Shown here one piece after another: positions 16,607 to 25,241 of a stretch of DNA of 64,000 bases. The stretch is from a virus. Its lineage: Duplodnaviria; Caudoviricetes. Both the position numbers and the translations under genes were made by a program. The notes under the pieces were generated by a model. That model was given only the letters and a program-made list of their open reading frames with translations. It was not told where the DNA came from and searched no databases. The stretch covers positions 1-64,000 of the IMG/VR virus record IMGVR_UViG_3300021256_000089, one strand, 5' to 3'. Positions within the stretch are counted from its first letter, which is position 1. Each line of letters starts with the position of its first letter.

Positions 16607-16808
16607 AAAGTGGACACAAACAACAGACACTCCTACGTATACGACGCCATCATATGGCTGGAAGTGTCCATGCTGCGGAGCTGTTTATTCGCCGATGGTA
16701 ACATATTGTCCGCGTTGCACATGCCCCTATCCGATGCCTGGTTTTCCTGGCACGGGTCCTGTGCCGACATTCGACCCATATAAAATTACATGTCGCTGCA
16801 TGGCGTGA
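16599..16808 (+). CDS. Small Zn-ribbon protein (GWKCPCCG...CPRC)
   Basis: GGAGGAG RBS before ATG 16599. Confidence 0.75.
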   Translation: MVEKWTQTTDTPTYTTPSYGWKCPCCGAVYSPMVTYCPRCTCPYPMPGFPGTGPVPTFDPYKITCRCMA

Positions 16809-16815
16809 GGTGAAT

Positions 16816-17094
16816 ATGGAAACTTCTTTCAGTTATACTGGCAAGTTTGGATACTTTTCCTCGGACGAGAAAAAGATGATCAGCAAAGTGCTAAAGCTCA
16901 GCAAAGAATATCCGGAGTTGGTCAGGATTCTGGCATTTCCGGAAGACAACGACGGCTGTTTGTACTGTCAACTCCCTAGTGAGTGGCTGAAAATTGCTCC
17001 GAAAAGGCGCGTTACGTTCACAGATGAACAACGGCTCGCCGCAAAACAGAGGCTGTTAGCAGCACGCAAAACAACTACTCAGCAGGAGGATTAA
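16816..17094 (+). CDS. Phage hypothetical protein
   Basis: GAGGTGA RBS; LPSEWLKI...TDEQRLAAKQRL pattern. Confidence 0.75.
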   Translation: METSFSYTGKFGYFSSDEKKMISKVLKLSKEYPELVRILAFPEDNDGCLYCQLPSEWLKIAPKRRVTFTDEQRLAAKQRLLAARKTTTQQED

Positions 17095-17097
17095 AGT

Positions 17098-17508
17098 ATG
17101 TGTTATTACGCAAGTGGAGGACAAACTGCTGGAACCGTATTCATCAGAAAAGATAACAATTTGCCTGCGCTCAAAGCATTGCTTTCGTCTAATCTCTTGC
17201 CGGATCGATTTGTGATAAACAATACAAATCTGAATGATGCTCTATGCTATCTTGGATGGAGTACGGACATGAACGCAGAGGGCGCTGTTGAATATATTTA
17301 TTTCGAATATGAAAAATGGTTTACAGACAGCGAGAAAACATTAGATGTAATTGCCAGGTTTGTAGAACCCGGCGTGATTATCGAGATGACAGGAGACGAC
17401 AATGCTCATTGGGCCTATGCGTTTAAGAACGGTACAATGCAGGAATTTAGCGGTGTGCTTACTTATCCCGGCCTGGATGAGTTCTTGAAAGGAAACCGCA
17501 ATGACTGA
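17098..17508 (+). CDS. Hypothetical protein
   Basis: GGAGG RBS; 136 aa. Confidence 0.75.
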   Translation: MCYYASGGQTAGTVFIRKDNNLPALKALLSSNLLPDRFVINNTNLNDALCYLGWSTDMNAEGAVEYIYFEYEKWFTDSEKTLDVIARFVEPGVIIEMTGDDNAHWAYAFKNGTMQEFSGVLTYPGLDEFLKGNRND

Positions 17509-17773
17509 AAAAACACCGAGGGTTTATGGCCCTCCGGCGGTATACCTGCTGTATACGCTTGATATCACGGCTGACATCCTGAGGCTGCCGCAGTTTCAGG
17601 TGTTCAGGCTGATGCCGCAGGCAAAGTACGCAATGGAGCAGCGGATACGTGATCTGATCATGCAGGGATATGTGGTCAGAAATGAAAGCTCAACAGGCGA
17701 TCTCAGATCTATTACACTGCGCAATCAGTATCGTGCCCTGCAAGTATGCTGCCGCTTAATTGCGGTGCAGTAG
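17501..17773 (+). CDS. Hypothetical protein
   Basis: Overlaps the previous stop; AAAGGA RBS. Confidence 0.65.
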   Translation: MTEKTPRVYGPPAVYLLYTLDITADILRLPQFQVFRLMPQAKYAMEQRIRDLIMQGYVVRNESSTGDLRSITLRNQYRALQVCCRLIAVQ

Positions 17774-17783
17774 GAGGCATAAT

Positions 17784-18074
17784 ATGTTCAAACTTGGATT
17801 CAAAGTTGGAGATATCGTTATAGGCAATGAGAAAGCGGGACATTACCATATTACCAAGCCTGGCACACGCTGGCTTGTAGTCCAAGTATGTGACACACCG
17901 CTTGAAGATCCGATCATTATTGTCGGACGAGACAAAACCACGCATGAACTAAAGATTACCGAATCGATGTCGATGTATCCTGTCCGGACATCCGAGTTCG
18001 ATTTAGCATCGATAAGTGTTGTTCCACTGACTGACCAGGAACGCACTCAAGTAATCGATTTATTGGAGAAATAA
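17784..18074 (+). CDS. Hypothetical SH3-like protein with C-terminal PLTDQERTQVIDLLEK tail
   Basis: AGGAGG RBS before ATG 17784. Confidence 0.75.
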   Translation: MFKLGFKVGDIVIGNEKAGHYHITKPGTRWLVVQVCDTPLEDPIIIVGRDKTTHELKITESMSMYPVRTSEFDLASISVVPLTDQERTQVIDLLEK

Positions 18075-18077
18075 CTG

Positions 18078-18320
18078 ATGGAAATAAAAACTGGTATGTA
18101 CGTGAAAATCATAAACAGACTAGCTACAACAGCGCGATACGGTTTCGCTACGCCAATGGAAACATGGATCGGTAAAACGGGTAAGGTAGAACACACGCTC
18201 GGAAACGAAGGTGTTGGCGTGGGAGGCTGGAACTGGAGCATTAAAGATGTTGTTCTAGTTTCGACACAGCCGCTGTCCAAAGAGGAGAAGACACAGTTCT
18301 CTGCCCTTTTGAAAGGATGA
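18078..18320 (+). CDS. Hypothetical SH3-like protein with C-terminal PLSKEEKTQFSALLKG tail
   Basis: GGAG RBS; similar tail to the upstream gene. Confidence 0.75.
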   Translation: MEIKTGMYVKIINRLATTARYGFATPMETWIGKTGKVEHTLGNEGVGVGGWNWSIKDVVLVSTQPLSKEEKTQFSALLKG

Positions 18321-18326
18321 AAACAA

Positions 18327-18410
18327 ATGGAACCATGGATCATTTTCGGAATCGTGACAGTGATCGCCATAGCTCTCGGATGGGCACTTCACATGGAAGG
18401 AGATTTGTAA
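18327..18410 (+). CDS. 27-aa membrane peptide (MEPWIIFGIVTVIAIALGWALHMEGDL)
   Basis: AAAGGA RBS; single TM helix. Confidence 0.55.
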   Translation: MEPWIIFGIVTVIAIALGWALHMEGDL

Positions 18411-18413
18411 TCG

Positions 18414-18554
18414 GTGGAAACAAGTCACATTTCCTTCTGGATTGAACTGAACGGCACATGGGTTGAGACTACGCAAGATGTATACTTGATTTTTGACGGC
18501 AACAAAGAAATCAGGACGGCACAAGACATCATAAAAACAATTGAAACGGAGTGA
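18414..18554 (+). CDS. 46-aa hypothetical protein
   Basis: AAGGAG RBS + GTG; overlaps the next start. Confidence 0.55.
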   Translation: METSHISFWIELNGTWVETTQDVYLIFDGNKEIRTAQDIIKTIETE

Positions 18555-18871
18555 TGTATATGCATAGTGAATATCTTGATTGGCTGTCTTCCGTTCTGGA
18601 AGAAGCCATCAACGCACAGGCGAAACAGGCTGAAGATCATGGTGAGATGCCAGAAGCAGAAGATGACAGCGTGAATCATCCCAATCATTACGCGGATAAG
18701 AATATCGAAGTCATCGATTACATCGAGGACACTTTGACGCATGAAGAGTACATTGGCTACTGCATCGGCAACGTATTGAAATATGTGTCGCGTTGGCGCA
18801 AAAAGGGTGGTCTCGAAGACCTGGAAAAGGCAGCCGTCTATCTTGATTGGGCGATCAAGGCGGTCGAATAA
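18551..18871 (+). CDS. DUF3310 (SaV-like) protein
   Basis: DSVNHPNHY...IEVIDYI...GNVLKYVSRWRKKGGLEDLEKA. Confidence 0.9.
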   Translation: MMYMHSEYLDWLSSVLEEAINAQAKQAEDHGEMPEAEDDSVNHPNHYADKNIEVIDYIEDTLTHEEYIGYCIGNVLKYVSRWRKKGGLEDLEKAAVYLDWAIKAVE

Positions 18872-18874
18872 CAA

Positions 18875-19771
18875 ATGGCTATTTTTGTTACAGGAGACAC
18901 GCACGGAGCAGAGCGTATTGGTTTTACTTCCTATGATGGTTTTCTGAGCCGCTTCAGCATGGCTGCGTTCCCGGAACAGAAAGAACTAACAAAAGAAGAT
19001 TTCGTCGTGATTCTTGGCGACTTCGGTGGCATATGGGAAACAAACAGATTCAAGTTCGAGGAGACAATGCAGGAAAAATACGCACTCGACGCGCTTGACA
19101 AACGATCGTTTACGACGCTGTTTGTGCCTGGTAACCATGAAAACTATGACCGTCTGACAGGATGCACAGACGAAGCCTTACTGAATTCGTGGATGTATGA
19201 AAAGATGCCACCATCTGAAAAGGCAAAGCTGCGCCAAGGTTATCCTCAGCAGTCATGGCACGGCGGCATGGTCAGAGTCATCAGACCTTCCGTGCTGATG
19301 CTTGAGCGCGGTGATATTTTTGATATCGATGGCAAAAAATGTTTCGCATTCGGCGGAGCAAGAAGCCACGATATTCGCGATGGCATCCTTTACCCTGCTG
19401 ATTATTCTGACAAGGAAAGCTTTGACGCAGAAAGACGGAAATGGATCCGGCATGGCAAGCAGTTTCGGATCAGCGGCATTTCCTGGTGGGAGCAGGAAGT
19501 CCCGTCTCAACAGGAAATGCAGCATGGGTATGAGACATTGCAGGAATTCCGCAAAACAGGCGGTGTTGTAGACTTCGTGTTCACGCACGACGCTCCATCG
19601 TCTGATAAAATCTATATGGGTTATGGCGGAGATCAGACTTTCAGCACCTATCTCGAATCACTGCGGGATAAAATGGATTACGGCAAATGGTTTTACGGAC
19701 ATCTGCACGATAATCGCAGAGTGTTGGACAAACATTACCTGCTGTATGATCAAATTATCCGTATTGCATGA
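18875..19771 (+). CDS. Calcineurin-like metallophosphoesterase
   Basis: GDTHG, LGDFG, GNHE, FTHD, GHLH. Confidence 0.92.
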   Translation: MAIFVTGDTHGAERIGFTSYDGFLSRFSMAAFPEQKELTKEDFVVILGDFGGIWETNRFKFEETMQEKYALDALDKRSFTTLFVPGNHENYDRLTGCTDEALLNSWMYEKMPPSEKAKLRQGYPQQSWHGGMVRVIRPSVLMLERGDIFDIDGKKCFAFGGARSHDIRDGILYPADYSDKESFDAERRKWIRHGKQFRISGISWWEQEVPSQQEMQHGYETLQEFRKTGGVVDFVFTHDAPSSDKIYMGYGGDQTFSTYLESLRDKMDYGKWFYGHLHDNRRVLDKHYLLYDQIIRIA

Positions 19772-19832
19772 TAATAAAAGACATAGACTGTACTCTTTTG
19801 TTATATTACAAAGTTAAGGCAAACATTTGTTC

Positions 19833-19861
19833 TTGACATAACATGGCCGCATCGGTACAAT
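19833..19861 (+). promoter_or_regulatory. Sigma70/SigA-type promoter upstream of the integrase
   Basis: TTGACA (19833-38), 17-nt spacer, TACAAT (19856-61). Confidence 0.8.
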
Positions 19862-19975
19862 ACTGGTGCGGCCTTCTTTTTCCTGGAGGTCCTATGGAAA
19901 TATCAAAAGAAGAGCTTCAGGCGATGCTTGATCAGGCCGCAACTGCCGCCGTAAGGCAGACGAACCTTGACAACT

Positions 19976-19991
19976 TGACAGATGCGGCTCC
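19976..19991 (+). repeat. Left copy of 16-bp inverted repeat TGACAGATGCGGCTCC
   Basis: Exact reverse complement at 21246-21261. Confidence 0.9.
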
Positions 19992-20007
19992 TGAGGAAGG
20001 AGCAGCT

Positions 20008-21063
20008 ATGCGCATCAAGCAAAGAGTATCGTTAAACGGCCAGACTCATTGGCTAACAGGCAGCACGCCGCAGGATATCATGGACGGCTACCTGAAACTT
20101 TGTTTCAAGGAAGGCGTTGCCATGCCGCCAATGCCTCAAATGATGGCACAGGACGATTCTCCCCTATTCGGTGACTACCTGATGTCGTTCCTGCACGTTT
20201 TCAAGAAAGGCCAGGCATCAAACACGCTCGTAAACCGCGAACGAATTATAAAAAATCACATTATGCCGCGTTTCGGCAAAACAAAGCTGAATCAGATTAC
20301 TGTTTCGTCGCTTCAGCATTGGCTTAATGAGCTTTCTGAGATGTACGCGAAGGAAACGATTCTGAAAATTGTTCACACAATGAATCCTGTGCTCGATTCA
20401 GCCGTAGAGGATGGCCTGATCACTCGAAATCCATTGCGATCTAAACGAATCGTAATCGGCGGACGGCCGACGGTAGGACACAAACCGATTCCGGCTCACA
20501 AGATGACAGAAATCAGGCAAAATCTGCACCGATTAGACGATCGGGAGCGCAAGATGGCGGCTCTTCTGTCTTATACAGGCATGCGATTTGAGGAAGTGCT
20601 CGGCGTCAAGTGGGAAGACTTCGATTTTGTGAATGGTTGGGTCACAGTACGGCGTGCAGTCGTGCATCCGACACGCAATCTTCCCGAGATTAAGTGTCCA
20701 AAAACGAAAACATCCGAGAGAGATATCCCAATTCCTAAAAATCTGCAGTCCGATCTCGGAATCCAGGGCACTGCGGGCTTTGTATTATCAAATGAGCGCG
20801 GTCAGCCTCTCAGCTACACGGAAGCCCGTCGCAGTTTTCAAAAAATAAAAAAAGAATTCGGCCTTGACGGGTACTCCGCCCATGATTTCCGCGACACTTG
20901 TGCTACCGAATGGCGGGAAAAAGGCATCCCTCTCGACGTCATTGCTCGTATGCTCGGCCATGCAAAGACAGAAACAACAGAGCGCAAATATGTGACATAT
21001 AGAGATGCCCTCTACACCAGTATCCGTAAGGCTTTGGAGCCTGCCGATGTGACACTTTTGTGA
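20008..21063 (+). CDS. int: Tyrosine recombinase/integrase (alternative in-frame start at 19894)
   Basis: SAM-like domain; catalytic TGMRFEE, AHDFRDT, LGHA, KY; GAAGGAG RBS before ATG 20008. Confidence 0.95.
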   Translation: MRIKQRVSLNGQTHWLTGSTPQDIMDGYLKLCFKEGVAMPPMPQMMAQDDSPLFGDYLMSFLHVFKKGQASNTLVNRERIIKNHIMPRFGKTKLNQITVSSLQHWLNELSEMYAKETILKIVHTMNPVLDSAVEDGLITRNPLRSKRIVIGGRPTVGHKPIPAHKMTEIRQNLHRLDDRERKMAALLSYTGMRFEEVLGVKWEDFDFVNGWVTVRRAVVHPTRNLPEIKCPKTKTSERDIPIPKNLQSDLGIQGTAGFVLSNERGQPLSYTEARRSFQKIKKEFGLDGYSAHDFRDTCATEWREKGIPLDVIARMLGHAKTETTERKYVTYRDALYTSIRKALEPADVTLL

Positions 21064-21114
21064 CATTTCTCTGCAGATGAGGTCTAAAGCTAACATTCAC
21101 ATAACTATTTGGAT

Positions 21115-21160
21115 AAAAGAAAAACCACGGACAAAGCTTTGCACCGCCTCAATCCGTGGT
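21115..21160 (-). terminator. Intrinsic terminator downstream of the attP tRNA half (minus strand)
   Basis: ACCACGGA/TCCGTGGT 8-bp stem followed on the - strand by TTTTCTTTT. Confidence 0.65.
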
Positions 21161-21164
21161 ACCC

Positions 21165-21210
21165 GAGCTGATGGCCGGAGTCGAACCGGCGACCTCATCC
21201 TTACCAAGGA
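21165..21210 (-). other. attP core: 3' half of tRNA-Thr(GGT)
   Basis: Reverse complement TCCTTGGTAAGGATGAGGTCGCCGGTTCGACTCCGGCCATCAGCTC = anticodon loop, T arm and 3' acceptor strand; 5' half absent; ~100 bp after int. Confidence 0.9.
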
Positions 21211-21245
21211 ACCAATTTCGATAACAAAAACATAACGACACATAC

Positions 21246-21261
21246 GGAGCCGCATCTGTCA
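21246..21261 (-). repeat. Right copy of the 16-bp inverted repeat
   Basis: GGAGCCGCATCTGTCA = reverse complement of 19976-19991. Confidence 0.9.
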
Positions 21262-21467
21262 GTTAGTCGAACTTTAACACATAAACTTGCCTGTACGAGT
21301 CTATCTGTTAGGGCTCGGATAAACTCAGAGCATATCGTTATACAATTTCCCTATTGAGTAGCTGTTTTATAACTTGATTTGCCTCCCAACGCACCGACAT
21401 GAAGACTTATTCACTTGAAATTTTTCATGCGAAATCGAGTTGTATTTCTGCTACTCAGTAGGGAGAA

Positions 21468-21519
21468 TAAAAAAGGGGTACTTTCTACACGTTTCATGTA
21501 GATTGTACCCCTATTTTTT
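21468..21519. terminator. Bidirectional intrinsic terminator ending the late operon
   Basis: A6-GGGGTAC-TT-TCTACA-loop-TGTAGA-TT-GTACCCC-TATTTTTT. Confidence 0.85.
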
Positions 21520-21526
21520 CACGAAG

Positions 21527-21874
21527 TTACTCGGCCTCAGCAGGCTGCTTTTCCCCTGCTTCAATCATATCGAGATCGAGTTCTTTCCAGGCCGCTTTCA
21601 GCGCAAGAACGACCTGATCGGTATCGACATTCCAGCCGGCAGCCTTCATCTTTTCAAGCGCAAGACGCCACTTCTCTTCACCGGCGTGCCTGCCGATCAG
21701 AGCTTCAACGCCTTTGACAATCAACTTTGCGTCATCAATCAGATGACGCGCTTCCAGCCACGGCATCACATAGATATGCCACACATGCCGCAGAGCGATG
21801 CCGCCCATCGCAGCAAGGACACCAATGACTGCTACAATAATGTCAGTCCAGTCGATTTGATTTAAAAAGTTCAT
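21527..21874 (-). CDS. Holin (LL-H-like)
   Basis: N-terminal TM helix, A..IV.GVE...G.EK pattern; last gene of the late operon. Confidence 0.8.
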   Translation of the reverse strand: MNFLNQIDWTDIIVAVIGVLAAMGGIALRHVWHIYVMPWLEARHLIDDAKLIVKGVEALIGRHAGEEKWRLALEKMKAAGWNVDTDQVVLALKAAWKELDLDMIEAGEKQPAEAE

Positions 21875-21969
21875 ACACATTCTCCTTTCTCAATGGGCGA
21901 CATTGGGCCATAGCATACATAGCACCAATACAATAATAAAAACCAAACGTTTCATTCTATCATTCCTTG

Positions 21970-22272
21970 TTAACCGTTATCGGTTGCTTCAGTTGGTTTA
22001 TTGATCTCATATGCACTGCGGATTTCTCCGTATTTCGCAGCGAAATTCTTCTCAAAGATACTATTCGTAGCGTAGCTGGCGATGACGCCTGTTTCAAATA
22101 CAGACACCATTTGCAGAATGTTGGTCATCGCTTCAATTTGAATCTGATTTAACTGACCAAACGCGATCAAACAGATAATGCTGGCAACAATTACGAAGAA
22201 TACAGCAAGGCAAAAGGTTGTAATCTTTTTGCTGTATTGAACATAAGTCTGCTTGATGTTCATCTTACTCAC
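21970..22272 (-). CDS. Two-TM membrane protein (holin-like)
   Basis: QYSKKI followed by two hydrophobic helices; lysis module. Confidence 0.65.
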   Translation of the reverse strand: MSKMNIKQTYVQYSKKITTFCLAVFFVIVASIICLIAFGQLNQIQIEAMTNILQMVSVFETGVIASYATNSIFEKNFAAKYGEIRSAYEINKPTEATDNG

Positions 22273-22594
22273 ACATGCCTTCGTAGTACAGCATGCAATC
22301 GGATAACGCAGTTATCTTATACACAGGAAGCTTCTCGATGCCACGCATCGCTCCCTCAGGAATTACCCAGGGATACCGCGTGTTATCATTGACGATAAGC
22401 CTCACTTCTGTCAAAGCTTTCACTGTAAACACGTCAAGCCGCACCGGTTCATCCCGATCAGGAGCATAGAAGATCACAGATTGCCCCTGTGTCAACACGA
22501 TAGAGCCGTCGTTCTCCGCCTGAATAACCTGCTTAGTGTCGGCATCGATCGCATAAAAGCTGTTGACAATAAAGTTACTTTCAAGGATTGCCAT
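22265..22594 (-). CDS. Hypothetical protein
   Basis: GGAGG RBS; overlaps the next gene. Confidence 0.7.
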   Translation of the reverse strand: MAILESNFIVNSFYAIDADTKQVIQAENDGSIVLTQGQSVIFYAPDRDEPVRLDVFTVKALTEVRLIVNDNTRYPWVIPEGAMRGIEKLPVYKITALSDCMLYYEGMCE

Positions 22595-22606
22595 CCTGCC
22601 ACCTCC

Positions 22607-23011
22607 TTACTTAGCCGGATGTTCCGGCAGGTTGATTATCTCCTCAAGATATTTGTCAGACAGGTGATTCCTGCCTTTCTTGTGGTATTTGTGCACCATG
22701 TTTTCAATGCGTGCTTTTTCTGCTGCTGTACACCATTCCTGTTGATATACATAGAAATCGTGGCTTTCCTGCAGCCTGCTTCCGATAATGTCAGCTGTGT
22801 CTTCATCGAGGCTGGTCAGTTTTTCATCCATGCTTCGCATTTTTTCATCCAATTCCTTAACACTTGAACGAATATCATTCAAAGGTTGCAGCGTCCATTT
22901 GCGAATTGCCGGAATGACCGTTGCGATAACGCCGATAAACCAGATGATTTCTTTTGTGTCTTTCAGAAATTGGATCAATCCATCCCACCATTCCACACTC
23001 ACCACCCCCAT
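22607..23011 (-). CDS. TM + coiled-coil lysis-module protein
   Basis: TM helix, coiled coil, C-terminal IENMVHKYHKKGRN pattern typical of genes next to endolysins. Confidence 0.7.
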   Translation of the reverse strand: MGVVSVEWWDGLIQFLKDTKEIIWFIGVIATVIPAIRKWTLQPLNDIRSSVKELDEKMRSMDEKLTSLDEDTADIIGSRLQESHDFYVYQQEWCTAAEKARIENMVHKYHKKGRNHLSDKYLEEIINLPEHPAK

Positions 23012-23038
23012 TCGCTACGAACAGTGTGAGATCAGGGA

Positions 23039-23824
23039 TTATAAGGCATCAATAAGCTTGCTTATTTCCGCCAGTAAAGCTTTGAGTTTTTCTTTCGCTG
23101 TGCCGTCAGTATTCGTTGTACTGCCAGTGACTGGCGTTGTAGAAGATACAGGTTTATCTCTCAGGAATTTCGTCATCATGTAACCCGTGTATCGATCATA
23201 CATAACGCGGCTCCATTCTCCTTCGTCACTTAACTTCTGCACTTCAGCACCGAACGGAACAGCCGTAATACGGGCGCTGCGGGTAGACTTTTCTTCACGG
23301 AGATTGACGTCGCCGCCATTTTCGCTGTATACATACTTCGTCGTCATCGGAATCACCTCTTCATTTGCGCTGTTGTAATCGACTGCTTTCAGTTTGCCCC
23401 AGTGAGTCCATGCTTTGGTATAGGGATCCTCACGTACTTGCATGCCATTGGTGGAAGCGTGAATGATTTTCACGGGATTGACAGATACAACAAGACCAAT
23501 ATGATACATGTTTCCGTCAGCATCTTTGTTGTACCAACGATGCTTATTGTCTTTATCGGTCCAGGCTCTGTTCTTGAATACGGCCATGCCAACTTTCAGT
23601 TGATTCTGTGTTAGAATCCTGCCCTTTTCAGACAAGTCCTCGCGCCAGATCGTGTTGCTCCCATGATAGATAGTTGCTCCCTGCCGCTTGAATGCGCGCA
23701 CAAACATGCCGCTGCAGTCAATTCCTTTTTCATCATTGGTGCCTGGAGACACATAGGGCCATCCTAAAGCATCTTTGAAATCCTGCACCATTTGTGCAAT
23801 CTGTACTCTTGCCATCGATATCAC
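23039..23824 (-). CDS. Endolysin: NlpC/P60 peptidase + SH3b
   Basis: YVSPG...GIDCSGM, HIGL, IIHAS; SH3b VNLRE...WSRVMY...GYMMTKFL. Confidence 0.9.
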   Translation of the reverse strand: MISMARVQIAQMVQDFKDALGWPYVSPGTNDEKGIDCSGMFVRAFKRQGATIYHGSNTIWREDLSEKGRILTQNQLKVGMAVFKNRAWTDKDNKHRWYNKDADGNMYHIGLVVSVNPVKIIHASTNGMQVREDPYTKAWTHWGKLKAVDYNSANEEVIPMTTKYVYSENGGDVNLREEKSTRSARITAVPFGAEVQKLSDEGEWSRVMYDRYTGYMMTKFLRDKPVSSTTPVTGSTTNTDGTAKEKLKALLAEISKLIDAL

Positions 23825-23828
23825 CGGC

Positions 23829-24056
23829 TTAATAGACGATCATAGGCGTATCAGCCTTACGATCAGTTAAAGGTCTTTCTTTGATTTCTCCGTTGTCAAG
23901 CTCATACAAAGGTGCACCGTTGTTATCGTATAAATCCTTGCCCCAAGGCATTAATCTGGAATCGATCTGTTGCCAACCGTCATTGCCAGTCATATCGCTC
24001 AGGCTCGCGGCGATGATATGATTCCGATTGTTCACATAAATCCAAATCACGATCAT
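23829..24056 (-). CDS. Hypothetical tail-associated small protein
   Basis: ATGA overlap; GLYxLxxGEI-like segment. Confidence 0.65.
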   Translation of the reverse strand: MIVIWIYVNNRNHIIAASLSDMTGNDGWQQIDSRLMPWGKDLYDNNGAPLYELDNGEIKERPLTDRKADTPMIVY

Positions 24057-25012
24057 TCACCCCTTCCGCAAACGATAAAACAAGGCACGATACCGGCATT
24101 GTCTGTACCAGCTTCACCTGTGTACGGGAAATTTCGTGCAGCGCCACGGCAGAACGCCGTAAAGGAATTGTCAACCGAAGATTCGCACCAGTAGTTGCAA
24201 GGGCTGCTGCCTTCGCCGAGCGTCTTGGACGTGTAATCACCAGCCAGTGCGAAGATAGGCCACTGTTGCACTGCCCCGCCGCTGCCAAAACGATTGTTGC
24301 TGTACATAGAGCTGCCCCAGATCTCTTTCTCAGTAGGAAAGAATAGTGCACCACGATTGCCCCAGTGCATACCAGAAGCAGAGGATACATTTGCGGCTTT
24401 CGTTTCCATCACATGCCGCATGCCGGAATTGTCGGAACCGGTATAAATGTATGGTCCAATCTCAGTTTGTTTAAACAACCTGATGAGTCCGTTTGTTGAG
24501 TCATTCAGCGTCTTGTACAGCGCGGAGCCAGTCCATGGGTTATTTGTAGTTTTGTCAAACCAGGTAGAATTGGCAGAACGCATCTGCAGAACGATAGGCA
24601 GCGCGGCATGGCAGGTAAACACTACGTGCTTTGTGCCAGCAGCAAACTCACCTTCGTCGCCGTAATACAAATAGGGATCGATAGCCGCAACCTCAAGACG
24701 CACAGACACGTTATTCAGCGTCTTATCGGTATCCGTTGCATAATCGTGGAAAGTACCGCCGATTGTCACGGGATAATAATCCCCAGGGTAGATTTCAGAT
24801 GCCGCACCTTTGTTGATTTCAGCCAATAGTTCAGACGCAGTATACTTTTCTTTCAGATTAACAGGCACATGCCTGCCATTTTGAATCGTAGTCTGTGTGT
24901 TGATCTCTCTGACAATGACTGTGCTGCCACCGGAAGAACCGGATTCGGAACTGCCGCTGCCGCCTGACCCGCCAGAGACTTGCTGCTCATAGATAAAAGG
25001 CATCCTGATCAC
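24053..25012 (-). CDS. Tail-associated protein (DUF6273-like)
   Basis: IYPGDYYPVTIGG, FFPTEKEIWG, QWPIF, YW, GIVPCFIV. Confidence 0.7.
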   Translation of the reverse strand: MIRMPFIYEQQVSGGSGGSGSSESGSSGGSTVIVREINTQTTIQNGRHVPVNLKEKYTASELLAEINKGAASEIYPGDYYPVTIGGTFHDYATDTDKTLNNVSVRLEVAAIDPYLYYGDEGEFAAGTKHVVFTCHAALPIVLQMRSANSTWFDKTTNNPWTGSALYKTLNDSTNGLIRLFKQTEIGPYIYTGSDNSGMRHVMETKAANVSSASGMHWGNRGALFFPTEKEIWGSSMYSNNRFGSGGAVQQWPIFALAGDYTSKTLGEGSSPCNYWCESSVDNSFTAFCRGAARNFPYTGEAGTDNAGIVPCFIVCGRGE

Positions 25013-25041
25013 TCCTTTCTGTTGAGTTTAGATATCAGTGA

Positions 25042-25221
25042 TCAGTCGATGATGAGTTCTTCCATGCCACTGTCGATCAGGATTTCGGCAACCTTCGCCT
25101 TCAGCAGCTTCGGCACCTGAGCATAAGTCTTCTTACCAAGCATAATTTGCTGAGCCCACAGTAAAGCCATCATATAAGCATTTCTCCTTCCAAATAAGAC
25201 AGATAGTAATAAGAATCGCAT
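25042..25221 (-). CDS. CD1375-like small protein, copy 2 (alternative start 25173)
   Basis: MMALLWAQQIMLGKKTYAQVPKLLKAKVAEILIDSGMEELIID; missed by the ORF track. Confidence 0.85.
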   Translation of the reverse strand: MRFLLLSVLFGRRNAYMMALLWAQQIMLGKKTYAQVPKLLKAKVAEILIDSGMEELIID

Positions 25222-25241
25222 AGTGTATCACCACATTTGCT

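Noticed and set aside
21165-21210. An eighth complete tRNA (Thr-GGT)
   Set aside because: Only the anticodon loop to 3' end is present; D arm and 5' acceptor are missing, so it is called attP
21440-21865. 141-aa plus-strand ORF (also 52002..52865, 53328..53906 and similar)
   Set aside because: Antisense to the holin or TMP; crosses a terminator or mirrors codon bias
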